Source: an uncultured Desulfobacteraceae bacterium
GTDB taxonomy: Bacteria > Desulfobacterota > Desulfobacteria > Desulfobacterales > CAZHA01
Assembly: GCA_964530095.1 (NCBI GenBank)
Contig: CAZHAH010000009.1
Coordinates: forward strand, 331-64,330
Reading direction: 5' to 3'
DNA length: 64,000 nt
The notes under the pieces are model-generated. The model searched no databases. It saw only the letters and a program-made list of their open reading frames with translations, and was not told the origin of the DNA. The stretch's first letter is position 1. The number at the start of each line of letters is the position of its first letter. Both the position numbers and the translations under genes were made by a program. Below, piece by piece: positions 18,188 through 28,004 of the stretch.

Positions 18188-19441
18188 ATGACAATCAGTG
18201 TCAAGGTGAAGGGAGGTTGTGTGAGATCAAAGTACTTCTACGGCTACAATATCGTTGCAGCCGGTTTTATTATCCAGGCGGTGTGCATCGGAGCGTTGTT
18301 CACCTACGGGGTCTTTTTCGGAGTATTTCTAACCGAGTTCGGCTGGTCGCGAACGACAATATCGGGGGCCTCGTCATTGGCCTTCTTGATGATGGGGGCC
18401 ACCGGGATTCTGGCCGGCAGACTGAACGACAAAATTGGCCCGCGGATCCTTATTGTCGTGTCCGGCATTTCGCTTGGACTTGGGTACATGCTCATGTCGC
18501 GGATGCAGGCACCGTGGCAACTCTACCTGCTGTACGGGGCGCTGGTGAGTGTTGGATTCAGCACGCATGACGTCATAACGCTGTCGACAATAGCGCGCTG
18601 GTTCGAGAAGCATCGGGGCATGATGTCCGGCATTGCCAAGGTCGGCACGGGTGCCGGCCAGCTCGTGGGGCCGCTGGTTGCCACGGCCCTGATAGCGGCT
18701 TACGGCTGGCGCAACGCCTATCTCATCATGGGTGCGGTTATCCTGATTGTCATCGTGGCAACCGCACAGATTCTGCGACGTGATCCGCAGGGGATGGGTC
18801 TGCAGCTCGATGGTGTCAGTGGCGGATCCGGCCATGCCCGGGCCGGATCATTCCAAACGGACGTCCCCTTGAGGGTTGCTCTACGGACAAAGCAATTATG
18901 GATTATTTGCATGGCGGAGTTCACCATCTTTTTCTGCCTGTTGACAATTATCGTGCATATCGTGCCGCATGCCATCGATCAGGGCCTTTCGCCGGCGAAA
19001 GCAGCAGGCGTCCTTTCGACGATTGGAGGTGTGAGCATGCTGGGTCGGATTGTGATGGGCACGGCCAATGACAGGATCGGCGGGAAACATTCGATGATGA
19101 TGTGCTTCATCGTGTTGTTCTGTAGCCTTCTTTGGTTGCAAGTCGCCAAAGAGGCGTGGATGCTGTTTCTTTTCGCCGCCATCTACGGATTTACACACGG
19201 CGGCTTCTTCACCGTCGTGTCGCCCATGGTGGCTGAGTTTTTCGGCATCGGATCGCACGGCGCGCTGTTCGGTATCGTACTCTTCAGCGGCACGATTGGC
19301 GGGTCCATCGGTCCCCTTCTGGCCGGTCGCACATTCGACATCACCGGAAGCTACCAGATCGTCTTTCTCGTGCTTGCCGGAGCTGCTTTGATCGGTTTGG
19401 TGCTGATCACGCTGCTGCGACCGTTTGGAAACAAAGCATAA
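18188..19441 (+). CDS. MFS transporter (oxalate/formate antiporter-like)
   Basis: About 12 TM helices, typical OFA-like N-terminus (YGYNIVAAGFIIQAVCIGALFTYGVF). An alternative GTG start at 18221 follows AAGGGAGG. Confidence 0.8.
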   Translation: MTISVKVKGGCVRSKYFYGYNIVAAGFIIQAVCIGALFTYGVFFGVFLTEFGWSRTTISGASSLAFLMMGATGILAGRLNDKIGPRILIVVSGISLGLGYMLMSRMQAPWQLYLLYGALVSVGFSTHDVITLSTIARWFEKHRGMMSGIAKVGTGAGQLVGPLVATALIAAYGWRNAYLIMGAVILIVIVATAQILRRDPQGMGLQLDGVSGGSGHARAGSFQTDVPLRVALRTKQLWIICMAEFTIFFCLLTIIVHIVPHAIDQGLSPAKAAGVLSTIGGVSMLGRIVMGTANDRIGGKHSMMMCFIVLFCSLLWLQVAKEAWMLFLFAAIYGFTHGGFFTVVSPMVAEFFGIGSHGALFGIVLFSGTIGGSIGPLLAGRTFDITGSYQIVFLVLAGAALIGLVLITLLRPFGNKA

Positions 19442-19502
19442 TGGGAAGTATTGCAGACATCCGCACACATCGGTGCATTATCTTAAATCGGGAGGAGAAA
19501 TC

Positions 19503-20615
19503 ATGATTATAGGCATTTTAAAGGAAATTAAAGCGGAAGAAAACCGGGTTGCCATGAGTCCCGGAGGCGTGGAGGTCCTGATTCAAAATGGCCATACGGT
19601 CCTGGTTGAAAAAAATGCCGGGCAAAGGAGCGGTTGGACCGACGATGCCTATACCGTCGCCGGTGCGCAAATTGTGGACATTCCCCAGAAAATATTTGGG
19701 CAGTCTGAAATGATCGTGCGTGTTAAAGAACCGCAACCATCGGAGTTTGACCTCATACAAGAAGGCCAGATCCTTTTTAATTTTTTTCATCTGGCGGCAT
19801 CAGAAAAATTGACCAAGGCATTAATTCAAAGCGGTGCCATCTGTATCGCTTACGAAACGATTCAGAAGGCCGATGGTTCCCTGCCCTTGCTTATCCCCAT
19901 GAGTGAAGTGGCGGGACCCATGGCAATTCATGAAGGTGCCAAATATCTTGAAATGGCCCAAGGAGGCTTTGGCGTCCTGTTGGGAGGGGTACCCGGGGTC
20001 GATCCCGGGACGGTGGTGATTATCGGCGGCGGAATGGTCGGAATCAACGCCGCCAAAATGGCATGCGGGGTGGGTGCCAAAGTATATGTGTTCGAGATAG
20101 ATCTGGAACGCATGCGTTATTTGAGCGATGTCATGCCAAGTAATTGCTTCCTGCACATGTCGAGTCCCAAGGCCATTCGAGAGCTCTTGCCCACTGCGGA
20201 TTTGGTCGTCGGGGCGGTACTGATTCCAGGCAGCAAAACTCCTCAAGTGGTCACACATGAAATGGTCACAACAATGAAAGCCGGATCGGTATTGGTGGAT
20301 GTTTCCATTGATCAAGGCGGATGCTTTGAAACCTCAAAAGAGACGACCCATTCGGATCCAACCTATATTCTCGACGGTATTGTACACTATGCGGTCAGCA
20401 ACATGCCGGGAGCGGTCCCCAAAACATCATCCGTCGCCCTGACCAATGCTTCACGCCATTATGCGGTTGAAATCGCAAATAAAGGTTGGAAGCAGGCCAT
20501 GAGGGAGAATCCGGAAATCAAACACGGCGCCAATGTGGTCAACGGCAAGGTAACCTATAAAGGCGTTGCGGATGCTCTAGGGCTTGAGCATAGGCCCATC
20601 GACAGCCTCTTATAG
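19503..20615 (+). CDS. ald: Alanine dehydrogenase
   Basis: MIIGILKEIKAEENRVAMSPGGV with an NAD fold (IIGGGMVGINAA). The start is set to ATG 19503. The 26 upstream codons of the track ORF overlap the MFS gene. Confidence 0.9.
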   Translation: MIIGILKEIKAEENRVAMSPGGVEVLIQNGHTVLVEKNAGQRSGWTDDAYTVAGAQIVDIPQKIFGQSEMIVRVKEPQPSEFDLIQEGQILFNFFHLAASEKLTKALIQSGAICIAYETIQKADGSLPLLIPMSEVAGPMAIHEGAKYLEMAQGGFGVLLGGVPGVDPGTVVIIGGGMVGINAAKMACGVGAKVYVFEIDLERMRYLSDVMPSNCFLHMSSPKAIRELLPTADLVVGAVLIPGSKTPQVVTHEMVTTMKAGSVLVDVSIDQGGCFETSKETTHSDPTYILDGIVHYAVSNMPGAVPKTSSVALTNASRHYAVEIANKGWKQAMRENPEIKHGANVVNGKVTYKGVADALGLEHRPIDSLL

Positions 20616-21542
20616 ATACTTATTCTCAATCGCCTTGACCAGGTTGCTCAGGGCCGAGTGAAACGGGGTGGGGATCCCATTGACGGACCCATATTCAACG
20701 ATTTTACCCCCCAAGAAAGCAATTTCCGTCGGGGCTTTCTTTGCGATATCATAGCACATGGAATCTTTGTGCGCGCCTACCTTTTCCAGATAGCCCATGG
20801 CCTGTATAAGGTAATCTTCACCGAAGTCGTAGCCCACCGCCTTTGCCACGGCAAGAGCCTCTTTAAAGCAGGCATCCGCGATTTCTCTGGTGGGTGGAAA
20901 ATCGAGGGCTTCTTTGATGGTCCGGTCCGTGACGGCGCAAATTGAGGCCATGGTGCATTTCATAATCATTTTTTTCCAGACATAGCGTTTGATGTCATCG
21001 ACGAATTCGGTTTCCAGATGACAATCGGTAAGCATGCGGGCGATTTCCAATCCAAAGTCACGATTCTTTTGATTTAATCCACCCAGATGGTTCGGTCGGT
21101 TGAAAAATGTGACTTCCACTTCACCCGGATTTTTCAATGAAGCCCCGAAATTGAGGGACATGCGTAAGGTCGCATCGGTTCCGAAATGATCCGCAACGAA
21201 ATCCTCTGTCCCCAAGCCGTTTTGGGTGGAGACAATTATTGTACCCGGCTGATACACGCCTCTAAACTCTTCCAGAACCCGCTCTAGATGAAAGGTTTTG
21301 GTGGCAAGAAAAATAAGGGCAGGGTTGAACGCTTTGAGCTCTTCAATTCGGGTGACTACATTTTTGACGGATGTCCGGAAGTTGACGATCCCGGAAATCC
21401 GGATTCCCTTTTTCCTCAGGGCATTGCCGAAGTCCGGGTTCCGAACGACGAGAACTGTTTCAGGATATTTGCTGAGGATGGCGGCTGCCAGTACCGATCC
21501 TGTAGCCCCGATCCCGACAATGGCAATTTTAAGACCTTGCAT
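20610..21542 (-). CDS. Ketopantoate reductase (PanE/ApbA) family oxidoreductase
   Basis: 310 aa with an N-terminal Rossmann fold (KIAIVGIGATGS) and an ApbA-family C-terminal domain. Confidence 0.75.
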   Translation of the reverse strand: MQGLKIAIVGIGATGSVLAAAILSKYPETVLVVRNPDFGNALRKKGIRISGIVNFRTSVKNVVTRIEELKAFNPALIFLATKTFHLERVLEEFRGVYQPGTIIVSTQNGLGTEDFVADHFGTDATLRMSLNFGASLKNPGEVEVTFFNRPNHLGGLNQKNRDFGLEIARMLTDCHLETEFVDDIKRYVWKKMIMKCTMASICAVTDRTIKEALDFPPTREIADACFKEALAVAKAVGYDFGEDYLIQAMGYLEKVGAHKDSMCYDIAKKAPTEIAFLGGKIVEYGSVNGIPTPFHSALSNLVKAIENKYL

Positions 21543-21794
21543 TGCCTTTTCCTTTTAGCGTCTGACGTATTGAGACATGGATTCAATCACATTTAGTATC
21601 GGGTATTAGAGCATGACCGAACCTGAAAGTCAATTATGGGGCGATAGCTATTTTACGTAATGTTTTGAAATTTTAGTATTTTTAAATAGGGAGATTGGAG
21701 AAGGGCAACATATCGAAAATCTAAATTTGACTTTACAGGTCGCCGAAAATGAATCATACCTAATTGGACTAAAATAGAGAAAGGGAAAAAGAAT

Positions 21795-23078
21795 ATGTCA
21801 AAGTTTAAAATTACGAAAGTATGCGCCAGAGAAATCATCGACTGTCGCGGCTGGCCAACGGTGCAGGCCGACGTATGGGTGAATGAAGAATTTAAGGGCC
21901 GGGCCGATGTACCGGCGGGACGATCAACCGGCGCGCACGAGGCCCATGAACTTCGGGACGGTGATCAAAGCCGTTATCGAGGTCTTGGCGTATTAAAAGC
22001 GGTGGCCAATATTAATAACGAACTCCATCAGGCCCTGGTTGACATGGATGTTACCGAACAACGCAAAATTGATATGACCATGCAGGAACTGGATGGCACT
22101 CCCAACAAGAGCCGTCTGGGAGCCAACGCCATTTTGGGAGTTTCGCTGGCTGTGGCCCGGGCGGGCGCCAATGTGTGCGGGCTGCCCTTATTCCGTTATC
22201 TCAACCCCACCGCCCATGTGCTCCCGGTACCGTTGATGAATTTTCTTAACGGCGGCAAACTGACGGCTAACGATCTTGAAATTCAAGAATTTATCATCAT
22301 GCCGGTGAAAGCCGGTTCGTACACGGAGGCCCTGCGAATCACCACGGAGATCAACGAAGTATTGCGCGATTTAATAATTGCGAAATATGGCATCTTGGCA
22401 ACCAATACCGGGGATGAGGGCGGATTCGCCACCCCGATGCGCGGGATCTGGGAGCCGTTTGAATTTTTATCCAGGGCGGTTGAAAAAGCGGGTTATATGG
22501 AAGGGGAAGATATCCTATACGCAATGGATCTGGCTTCCAATTCATGGTTCGACAAAGAAAAAAACGTCTACGAACTGGACGAAAGAGCCTATGACTGCGA
22601 TGCGTTGATCGAACTTTATCAAGCGGTGGCTGCTAAATATCCCATCGCGTCCATGGAGGATCCCCTGCATGAAGAAGATTTCGAGGGCTTTGCCAAATTA
22701 ACCCGAGCGTTTGACGGGCAAATCGTCGGTGATGATCTTTTCGTCACCAATATTGAGCGGTTGAGAAAAGGGATTCAGATGGGTGCTGCCAATGCCATGC
22801 TCTTTAAGGTCAATCAAATAGGGACCCTGTCCGAGGCTTTGGATGCCGCGCAATTTGCCTACCGCAACAATTACGGCGTGCAGGTATCGGAAAGATCGGG
22901 CGAAACCGAAGATCCGATCATATCCGATCTGGTGGTGGCCTTAAACAGCGGCCAAATTAAAACGGGCATGACGGTGCGCGGTGAAAGAACATCCAAACAC
23001 AACCGGCTTATCCAGATTGAAGAGGAACTCGGCGATACGGCGATCTATGCCGGAAAGAATTTTGCGCGACCCAGGTGA
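21795..23078 (+). CDS. eno: Enolase-family protein, divergent paralogue
   Basis: 427 aa. Enolase blocks present are REIIDCRGWPTVQADV, ELRDGD, LGANAILGVSLA, GDEGGF, SMEDPL, VGDDLFVTN, KVNQIGT, SGETED and GQIKTG. NGGKLTAN replaces NGGxHAxN, and SERSGETED replaces SHRSGETED. Confidence 0.8.
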   Translation: MSKFKITKVCAREIIDCRGWPTVQADVWVNEEFKGRADVPAGRSTGAHEAHELRDGDQSRYRGLGVLKAVANINNELHQALVDMDVTEQRKIDMTMQELDGTPNKSRLGANAILGVSLAVARAGANVCGLPLFRYLNPTAHVLPVPLMNFLNGGKLTANDLEIQEFIIMPVKAGSYTEALRITTEINEVLRDLIIAKYGILATNTGDEGGFATPMRGIWEPFEFLSRAVEKAGYMEGEDILYAMDLASNSWFDKEKNVYELDERAYDCDALIELYQAVAAKYPIASMEDPLHEEDFEGFAKLTRAFDGQIVGDDLFVTNIERLRKGIQMGAANAMLFKVNQIGTLSEALDAAQFAYRNNYGVQVSERSGETEDPIISDLVVALNSGQIKTGMTVRGERTSKHNRLIQIEEELGDTAIYAGKNFARPR

Positions 23079-23140
23079 TGGCAGCGTCAATGTATTGGCA
23101 AACAACTTGTTTGACCGCCGTCGATTAACGGGGGCAGGCA

Positions 23141-24511
23141 ATGGCTTATGTTAAGAATGTGGATCGGCTTCTTTCGCACGGAAACGCCGACCTGCGCAGA
23201 GCCGCTTTGGACATCATTGAGTATGCATTAGCGGTAGCGGACCCGTATCGTGCTGTCAAAGATCATGTTTCGGTTGAGGGTGACGCCCTTTGGGTGGAAG
23301 ATCTCCGATTTAGCCTCAACCCGGACATGCGCATTTTTCTTCTGGGGGCCGGAAAAGCCACCTTCCCGATTGCCAAAGCACTGGAAGATATTCTGGGGGA
23401 CCGGATTACGGATGGGGTTATCGTCTGCAAATACGGTCAGCAGGGAAACCTGTCACGTACCAAACTGCATCTGGCCGGCCATCCGATACCCGACGAATCC
23501 GGTTGGGAAGCTTCACACAAGGCGCTTGCATTGGCCCGACAAACCAAGCCGGGAGACATCGTATTGGGTTGCGTGACGGGGGGAAGCTCGGCCCTTTTGC
23601 CGCTTCCGGTTCCGGGGGTATCTTTAGATGATAAGAAACAGGCAAATAGAATTCTTCTGACCTGCGGCGCTAATATTATTGAAATCAACTCGGTAAGAAA
23701 GCATCTCAGCCGGATAAAAGGCGGACGTTTGGCTGCGGCCATTCATCCCCAGGCCCATTTGATTAATTTAACGGTTTCGGATGTGATCGGAGATCCGTTG
23801 GACTATATCACCGATCCCACGGTGCCGGACACGTCCACATTCGGAGACGCAAGGGCGACCCTGACAAAATATGATCTTTGGGAGAAGGTTCCCGCCACCG
23901 TGGCCGAATTTCTAAAAACAGCCGGCCCTGAGCAGGAAACCCCTAAAAAAGCGGATCTGGCCGATCACAACCGTCATGACTTTGTGATTGTAAAGGGAGA
24001 TGCAGCCTGTGAGGGGGCTGCCCAAAAGGCGAAAGCACTCGGATTCAATACGATGATATTATCAACAATGCTGGAGGGCGAAAGCAGCGAACTGGGGCGT
24101 ACTTTTGCCGCCATTGCCGGTGAGATATTGCGAAACCAGAGACCCCTGACACCGCCGTGTGCCATGATCGGCGGCGGCGAGACAACCGTAAAAATCGATG
24201 GAAATGCCGGTGAAGGCGGTCCGAATCAGGAATTTGCGTGCCGTACGTCTTTGGAAATCGATGGGATCGGAAATGTCGTCGTTGTCGGTCTTGACACGGA
24301 TGGCACGGATGGCCCCACAGATGTGGCCGGCGCCGTGGTGGATAACCTGACGGTTTCAAGAGCCCGGACGGAGGGAGTTGATGTGTTTGCCTGCCTGAAA
24401 CAACACGATGTAACGCCTGCGTTTCAAAAATTGGGAGATACCATCGACACCGGTGCCACCGGGACAAATGTTAATGATCTAAAATTTATGATAGTTTCTA
24501 AAGGTCAGTAA
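23141..24511 (+). CDS. Glycerate 2-kinase (DUF4147 + MOFRL, TtuD family)
   Basis: 456 aa with LLGAGKATFPIAKAL and GGGETTVKIDGNAGEGGPNQEF. Confidence 0.8.
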   Translation: MAYVKNVDRLLSHGNADLRRAALDIIEYALAVADPYRAVKDHVSVEGDALWVEDLRFSLNPDMRIFLLGAGKATFPIAKALEDILGDRITDGVIVCKYGQQGNLSRTKLHLAGHPIPDESGWEASHKALALARQTKPGDIVLGCVTGGSSALLPLPVPGVSLDDKKQANRILLTCGANIIEINSVRKHLSRIKGGRLAAAIHPQAHLINLTVSDVIGDPLDYITDPTVPDTSTFGDARATLTKYDLWEKVPATVAEFLKTAGPEQETPKKADLADHNRHDFVIVKGDAACEGAAQKAKALGFNTMILSTMLEGESSELGRTFAAIAGEILRNQRPLTPPCAMIGGGETTVKIDGNAGEGGPNQEFACRTSLEIDGIGNVVVVGLDTDGTDGPTDVAGAVVDNLTVSRARTEGVDVFACLKQHDVTPAFQKLGDTIDTGATGTNVNDLKFMIVSKGQ

Positions 24512-24707
24512 TCGCATTAAATTTTTTATTATAACCTTCTTCAAGATTCATCAGCAATTGCCCCTCACTTAAGCGAATATGGAGGTAGTTGAGGACTCTG
24601 CTATGTGCGAAATAGGTTTCCGTGGCCTTGATATACCGCTTTGTGAGGCCGTACAGATAGGGCTAAATCAGTTTCGGCTTTGCATGGTTGCAGTTCAATG
24701 ACTTCCA

Positions 24708-25898
24708 TCAGACAAGCTGAGATAGCAATGTGCGGGCGGGAACGTGGACCGGATAATCATATTTGAAACAATCGCTATTCTCAAATCCGGCATCGATGAT
24801 CAGTTGAAATGCGTGTTTAGCACCGATTCGATCTTGGAAATAGGCTAAATTTTTATTTAAATGACGTGAACCTGATGATTTTGCTTCAAGCATGAACCAG
24901 GGTTGCCGATTCTTGGTAACCAGGAAATCTATTTCTCTTTTATCTTTTGTTCTCAAAAAATGAAGGCCATATTCATCAAACCCCAGATCTTGCCACCAAG
25001 CGACAGCTTTTAACAATTGGCAGGCGATAAAATTTTCATTTTTGGCGCCCACATCATCAACCAGTGACCAATCTGTAAGATATAATTTGGGCTCTTTTAA
25101 AAGACTTCTTGCGATATTTTGGGACCACGGTCGAATAGAGAAGCAATAATAAAGCGATTCCAGAATTGTTGTCCACCGTCTGACTGAATCCTGAGAAGCC
25201 CTGATCTTTCTGGATAGGGCCGCATAGTTCACCAGTTGACCTGCCTGCTGTCGTAATAGCTCAGCCAGCAACTCGACCTGAGCAATCTCATAAACCCTGG
25301 CTGAGTCTCTTAAATCTTCACGAAATAGCAGTTTTAGTCGTGTCCTTTTCCATCTGTTATAAAACCGAGGGTTACGTTTGAGGTAGGGTTCAGGAAAGCC
25401 TCCATATCTTAAGAGTGCTGCGAAATCATCGTCATCAATGGGTCGGGGTGGAGATAGTTCATCTTGATTAAAATCTTGTTTAATAATTTCTGCAACGGAT
25501 AACGGATGCATGTGATACATAAAATAGCGACCCATCAGGCTGTCGGCGCCTTTACGGTATATATCCAATCTTGAGCTTCCGGTGACAACGACATTGAAAC
25601 GACTTCGGGCATACGTGTCATAGAATCCTTTAAGAAAATTTTTCCAGTGTGGGAACTTATGCAGTTCGTCAAAAATAATTGTTCTTTGGTCCGATGCGCC
25701 AATGGAATCCGCAACTGCCTTCGGCCCTGCTATCACTAACCTCCGATGGTCTTCGTTATCCCAGTTATAATAATGGTGGCGTTTTATAAAGGCCGTACAC
25801 GATGTCGTCTTGCCTACCTGCCTCGGACCGGCAATAAATGCCATCTGATTATCATGCGCAAAATGTTCTAAAAGAAGTGATTCATATTTCCTTTTCAT
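24708..25898 (-). CDS. AAA_14/DUF4143-type ATPase
   Basis: Walker A is IAGPRQVGKTT and Walker B is IIFDELHK. ATG 25898 (MKRKYESLLLEHF) is preferred to TTG 25919. Confidence 0.75.
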   Translation of the reverse strand: MKRKYESLLLEHFAHDNQMAFIAGPRQVGKTTSCTAFIKRHHYYNWDNEDHRRLVIAGPKAVADSIGASDQRTIIFDELHKFPHWKNFLKGFYDTYARSRFNVVVTGSSRLDIYRKGADSLMGRYFMYHMHPLSVAEIIKQDFNQDELSPPRPIDDDDFAALLRYGGFPEPYLKRNPRFYNRWKRTRLKLLFREDLRDSARVYEIAQVELLAELLRQQAGQLVNYAALSRKIRASQDSVRRWTTILESLYYCFSIRPWSQNIARSLLKEPKLYLTDWSLVDDVGAKNENFIACQLLKAVAWWQDLGFDEYGLHFLRTKDKREIDFLVTKNRQPWFMLEAKSSGSRHLNKNLAYFQDRIGAKHAFQLIIDAGFENSDCFKYDYPVHVPARTLLSQLV

Positions 25899-26114
25899 AG
25901 CCCGATTATATACCAACAAATGAACAAGTCAAGACTATTCCGCGGCATATCGTGTAATAGTCATGACCATACCACGATTTTATCTGAAATTGACCGAAAT
26001 TTATCAAAGTTTATTCCCTTGACACCTAAATTAATCTGCCATTATACCTCGGTCATAAGAGAGACTTTTAGATAATACTTTTGATTGAATGAATTCTTAA
26101 AAATGGGAGGTAAT

Positions 26115-27095
26115 ATGCAAGGAAATCAAATACTTTATTTGTCCAATGCGGAAGTCAAAGAAGTCGGGCTGACAATGGCTGAAATTATTGATGCACTTGA
26201 GATTGCTTTCAAAGAGAAGGGTGCCGGGCGGACGGAAATCCCGCCCAAACCGGGTGTTCACCCCGGTGATGGGGACAATTTTATCCACGCCATGCCGGCC
26301 TATATTCCGGCATTAAAATCGACCGGAATAAAGTGGGTCAGTGGATTTCCCGAAAATAGTAAAAAAGGGCTTCCCTATATTTCAGGGTTGTTGATTTTTA
26401 ATGATGTCGATACCGGCATTCCCCTGGCAGTCATGGATTGCATCTGGATCACCGCCGTGCGGACAGGGGCTGCCACGGCGTTATCGGCACGCTATCTGGC
26501 TCGATCCGATTCGTCGATTGTGGGGGTGTTGGGATGCGGCGTTCAGGGGCGGACCAACGTCGAAGCCTTAAACGTTTTCTTTCCGCTTAAAAAAGTCGTG
26601 GCTTACGATGTCAGCCATGAAGCGGCGACGGCGTATGCGGCTGAGATCGAATCACGCTTCGGGCTCGAAGTGACAGTTGTCGCCGATCCACGTAAGGCGG
26701 TAGAGGTCAGTGATATCGTCGTCACAGCCGGCCCGATCCTAAAAAAGCCGCATGCCACGATTCAGGCCGGTTGGTTGAAGGAAGGGGCATTTGCCTCTTT
26801 GGTCGACTATGATTCTTATTGGCAGCCGGCGGCGATGAAGGAGACCGATAAATTCTGCACCGATGATACGCCTCAACTGATGTTTGCCAAGGAAAAAGGG
26901 GGCTATTTCAAGGATATTCCGCCGATTCATGCGGATCTGGGGGAACTCGCCACCGAGCAAAAACCGGGCCGGGAATCTGAATCCGAACGGACCATGACCG
27001 CCAATTTAGGATTGGCTATCGATGATTTTGCCGTGGCACCCTTGCTCTATAAAAAAGCATTGGAAAAAGGAATCGGCACTAAGTTACCATTATGA
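26115..27095 (+). CDS. Ornithine cyclodeaminase/mu-crystallin family protein
   Basis: It has a Rossmann fold (GVLGCGVQGRTN). GGGAGG SD followed by ATG 26115 (MQGNQILYLSNAEVKE). Confidence 0.8.
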   Translation: MQGNQILYLSNAEVKEVGLTMAEIIDALEIAFKEKGAGRTEIPPKPGVHPGDGDNFIHAMPAYIPALKSTGIKWVSGFPENSKKGLPYISGLLIFNDVDTGIPLAVMDCIWITAVRTGAATALSARYLARSDSSIVGVLGCGVQGRTNVEALNVFFPLKKVVAYDVSHEAATAYAAEIESRFGLEVTVVADPRKAVEVSDIVVTAGPILKKPHATIQAGWLKEGAFASLVDYDSYWQPAAMKETDKFCTDDTPQLMFAKEKGGYFKDIPPIHADLGELATEQKPGRESESERTMTANLGLAIDDFAVAPLLYKKALEKGIGTKLPL

Positions 27096-27132
27096 AATGA
27101 TGGTCATAGGTGAAATAATAACCCCCTATATA

Positions 27133-27157
27133 AACATGTCGACGGCATCGACACATT
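27133..27157. repeat. Palindrome-containing 25-mer, left copy of an inverted pair
   Basis: AACATGTCGACGGCATCGACACATT matches the reverse complement of 37331-37355 at 21 of 25 positions. The match includes the asymmetric loop CGGCA. Confidence 0.6.
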
Positions 27158-27277
27158 GGCGCTTGACTGTCGAAATTAAGGAAACCTTTCTACACAACGG
27201 GCTGTGTCTGTCGAAATCGTATTCATGGCCCATCAAGGAAAGTCATTTTGAGCCGGTATAGGAATGAAAGCTGTTTA

Positions 27278-27287
27278 CCCCCCCCCC
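27278..27287. repeat. Homopolymeric C10 tract
   Basis: ctgtttaCCCCCCCCCCaat, intergenic at the left island edge. Confidence 0.9.
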
Positions 27288-27319
27288 AATCAGTACATCA
27301 ATATTGATGTTGACTTGTT

Positions 27320-27391
27320 ATGAAATTTACCATACAATTTTATGAAACCAGTTCAGGGCGATGTCCTGTACGGGATTTTCTCGACGGATAG
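27320..27391 (+). pseudogene. Truncated HigB/Gp49-type (DUF891-like) toxin remnant
   Basis: MKFTIQFYETSSGRCPVRDFLDG followed by TAG. This matches the conserved N-terminus of phage Gp49-like RelE/HigB toxins. Only 23 codons remain, directly upstream of the XRE antitoxin. Confidence 0.5.
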
Positions 27392-27421
27392 AAAACGTGA
27401 TTGGCTGGAAAGGTTTCAAGC

Positions 27422-27763
27422 ATGAGCCAGCAAACAAATTTCGATGAATATCTTGAAAAACAGTTGCAGGATTCCGATTTTGCAAAACGCTTCAAAAAGG
27501 CCGGCCGGGCCTGGGATGTGGCCTTGCAATTAGCCTCTCTGCGCAAAGACGCCGGTTTGTCCCAAAAAGAGCTGGCCCGAAAGGTGGGGACGTCTCAGCA
27601 ACAAATTAGCCGCCTTGAATCCCCATCTTACGAGGGTCATTCCCTGAGCATGCTACGCCGAGTCGCCGAAATCTTTGGTGCGACTCTTAGTGTGGAGATT
27701 AAACGCAAAAGGCACACAAATCAGGCTGCTGTTGCTGAAAGCAAAGCCAATTACGAAGCCTAA
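27422..27763 (+). CDS. XRE-family HTH antitoxin (HigA-like)
   Basis: HTH reads LASLRKDAGLSQKELARKVGTSQQQISRLESPS. ATG 27422 (MSQQTNFDEYLEK). Confidence 0.75.
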   Translation: MSQQTNFDEYLEKQLQDSDFAKRFKKAGRAWDVALQLASLRKDAGLSQKELARKVGTSQQQISRLESPSYEGHSLSMLRRVAEIFGATLSVEIKRKRHTNQAAVAESKANYEA

Positions 27764-27797
27764 TATTAGATCACACATTATAAATAATTCTGCTCAA

Positions 27798-28004
27798 TTT
27801 CCGCGGCATGATGGAATATCAATTTGGGTTTTTTTCACGAAGCCGGCAATGTTTTGTAGGACAGCAAGAAGGATCTTTCTATCAACGACGGAAGTATAGA
27901 TGATCCGCGTGAACAGAAAAGCAAATGAATTTGCTGCAGAAATGTTTACATTCTGCCAGCGAGATCCGGAAATTGTTATGCTACAGTCAAAATATGAAAG
28001 CTAA
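27798..28004 (+). pseudogene. Degraded BrnT-like toxin remnant
   Basis: The reading ...FPRHDGISIWVFFTKPAMF...STTEV is followed by a stop. It then continues MIRVNRKANEFAAEMF...SKYES. It is reminiscent of the KHGISF..VF and IRVISxRKAxxxE blocks of BrnT. It is interrupted by an in-frame TAG and shortened. Its end overlaps the brnA start as in intact brnTA pairs. Confidence 0.3.

Noticed and set aside
18374-19468. Minus-strand ORFs of 153-190 aa inside the MFS transporter gene
   Set aside because: They are Arg/Pro/His-rich translations antisense to a convincing 12-TM protein.
24603-24708. 35-codon ORF (MEVIELQPCKAETDL...) overlapping the stop of the DUF4143 ATPase
   Set aside because: It is too short, shows no recognisable similarity, and has no SD. 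It is not called.
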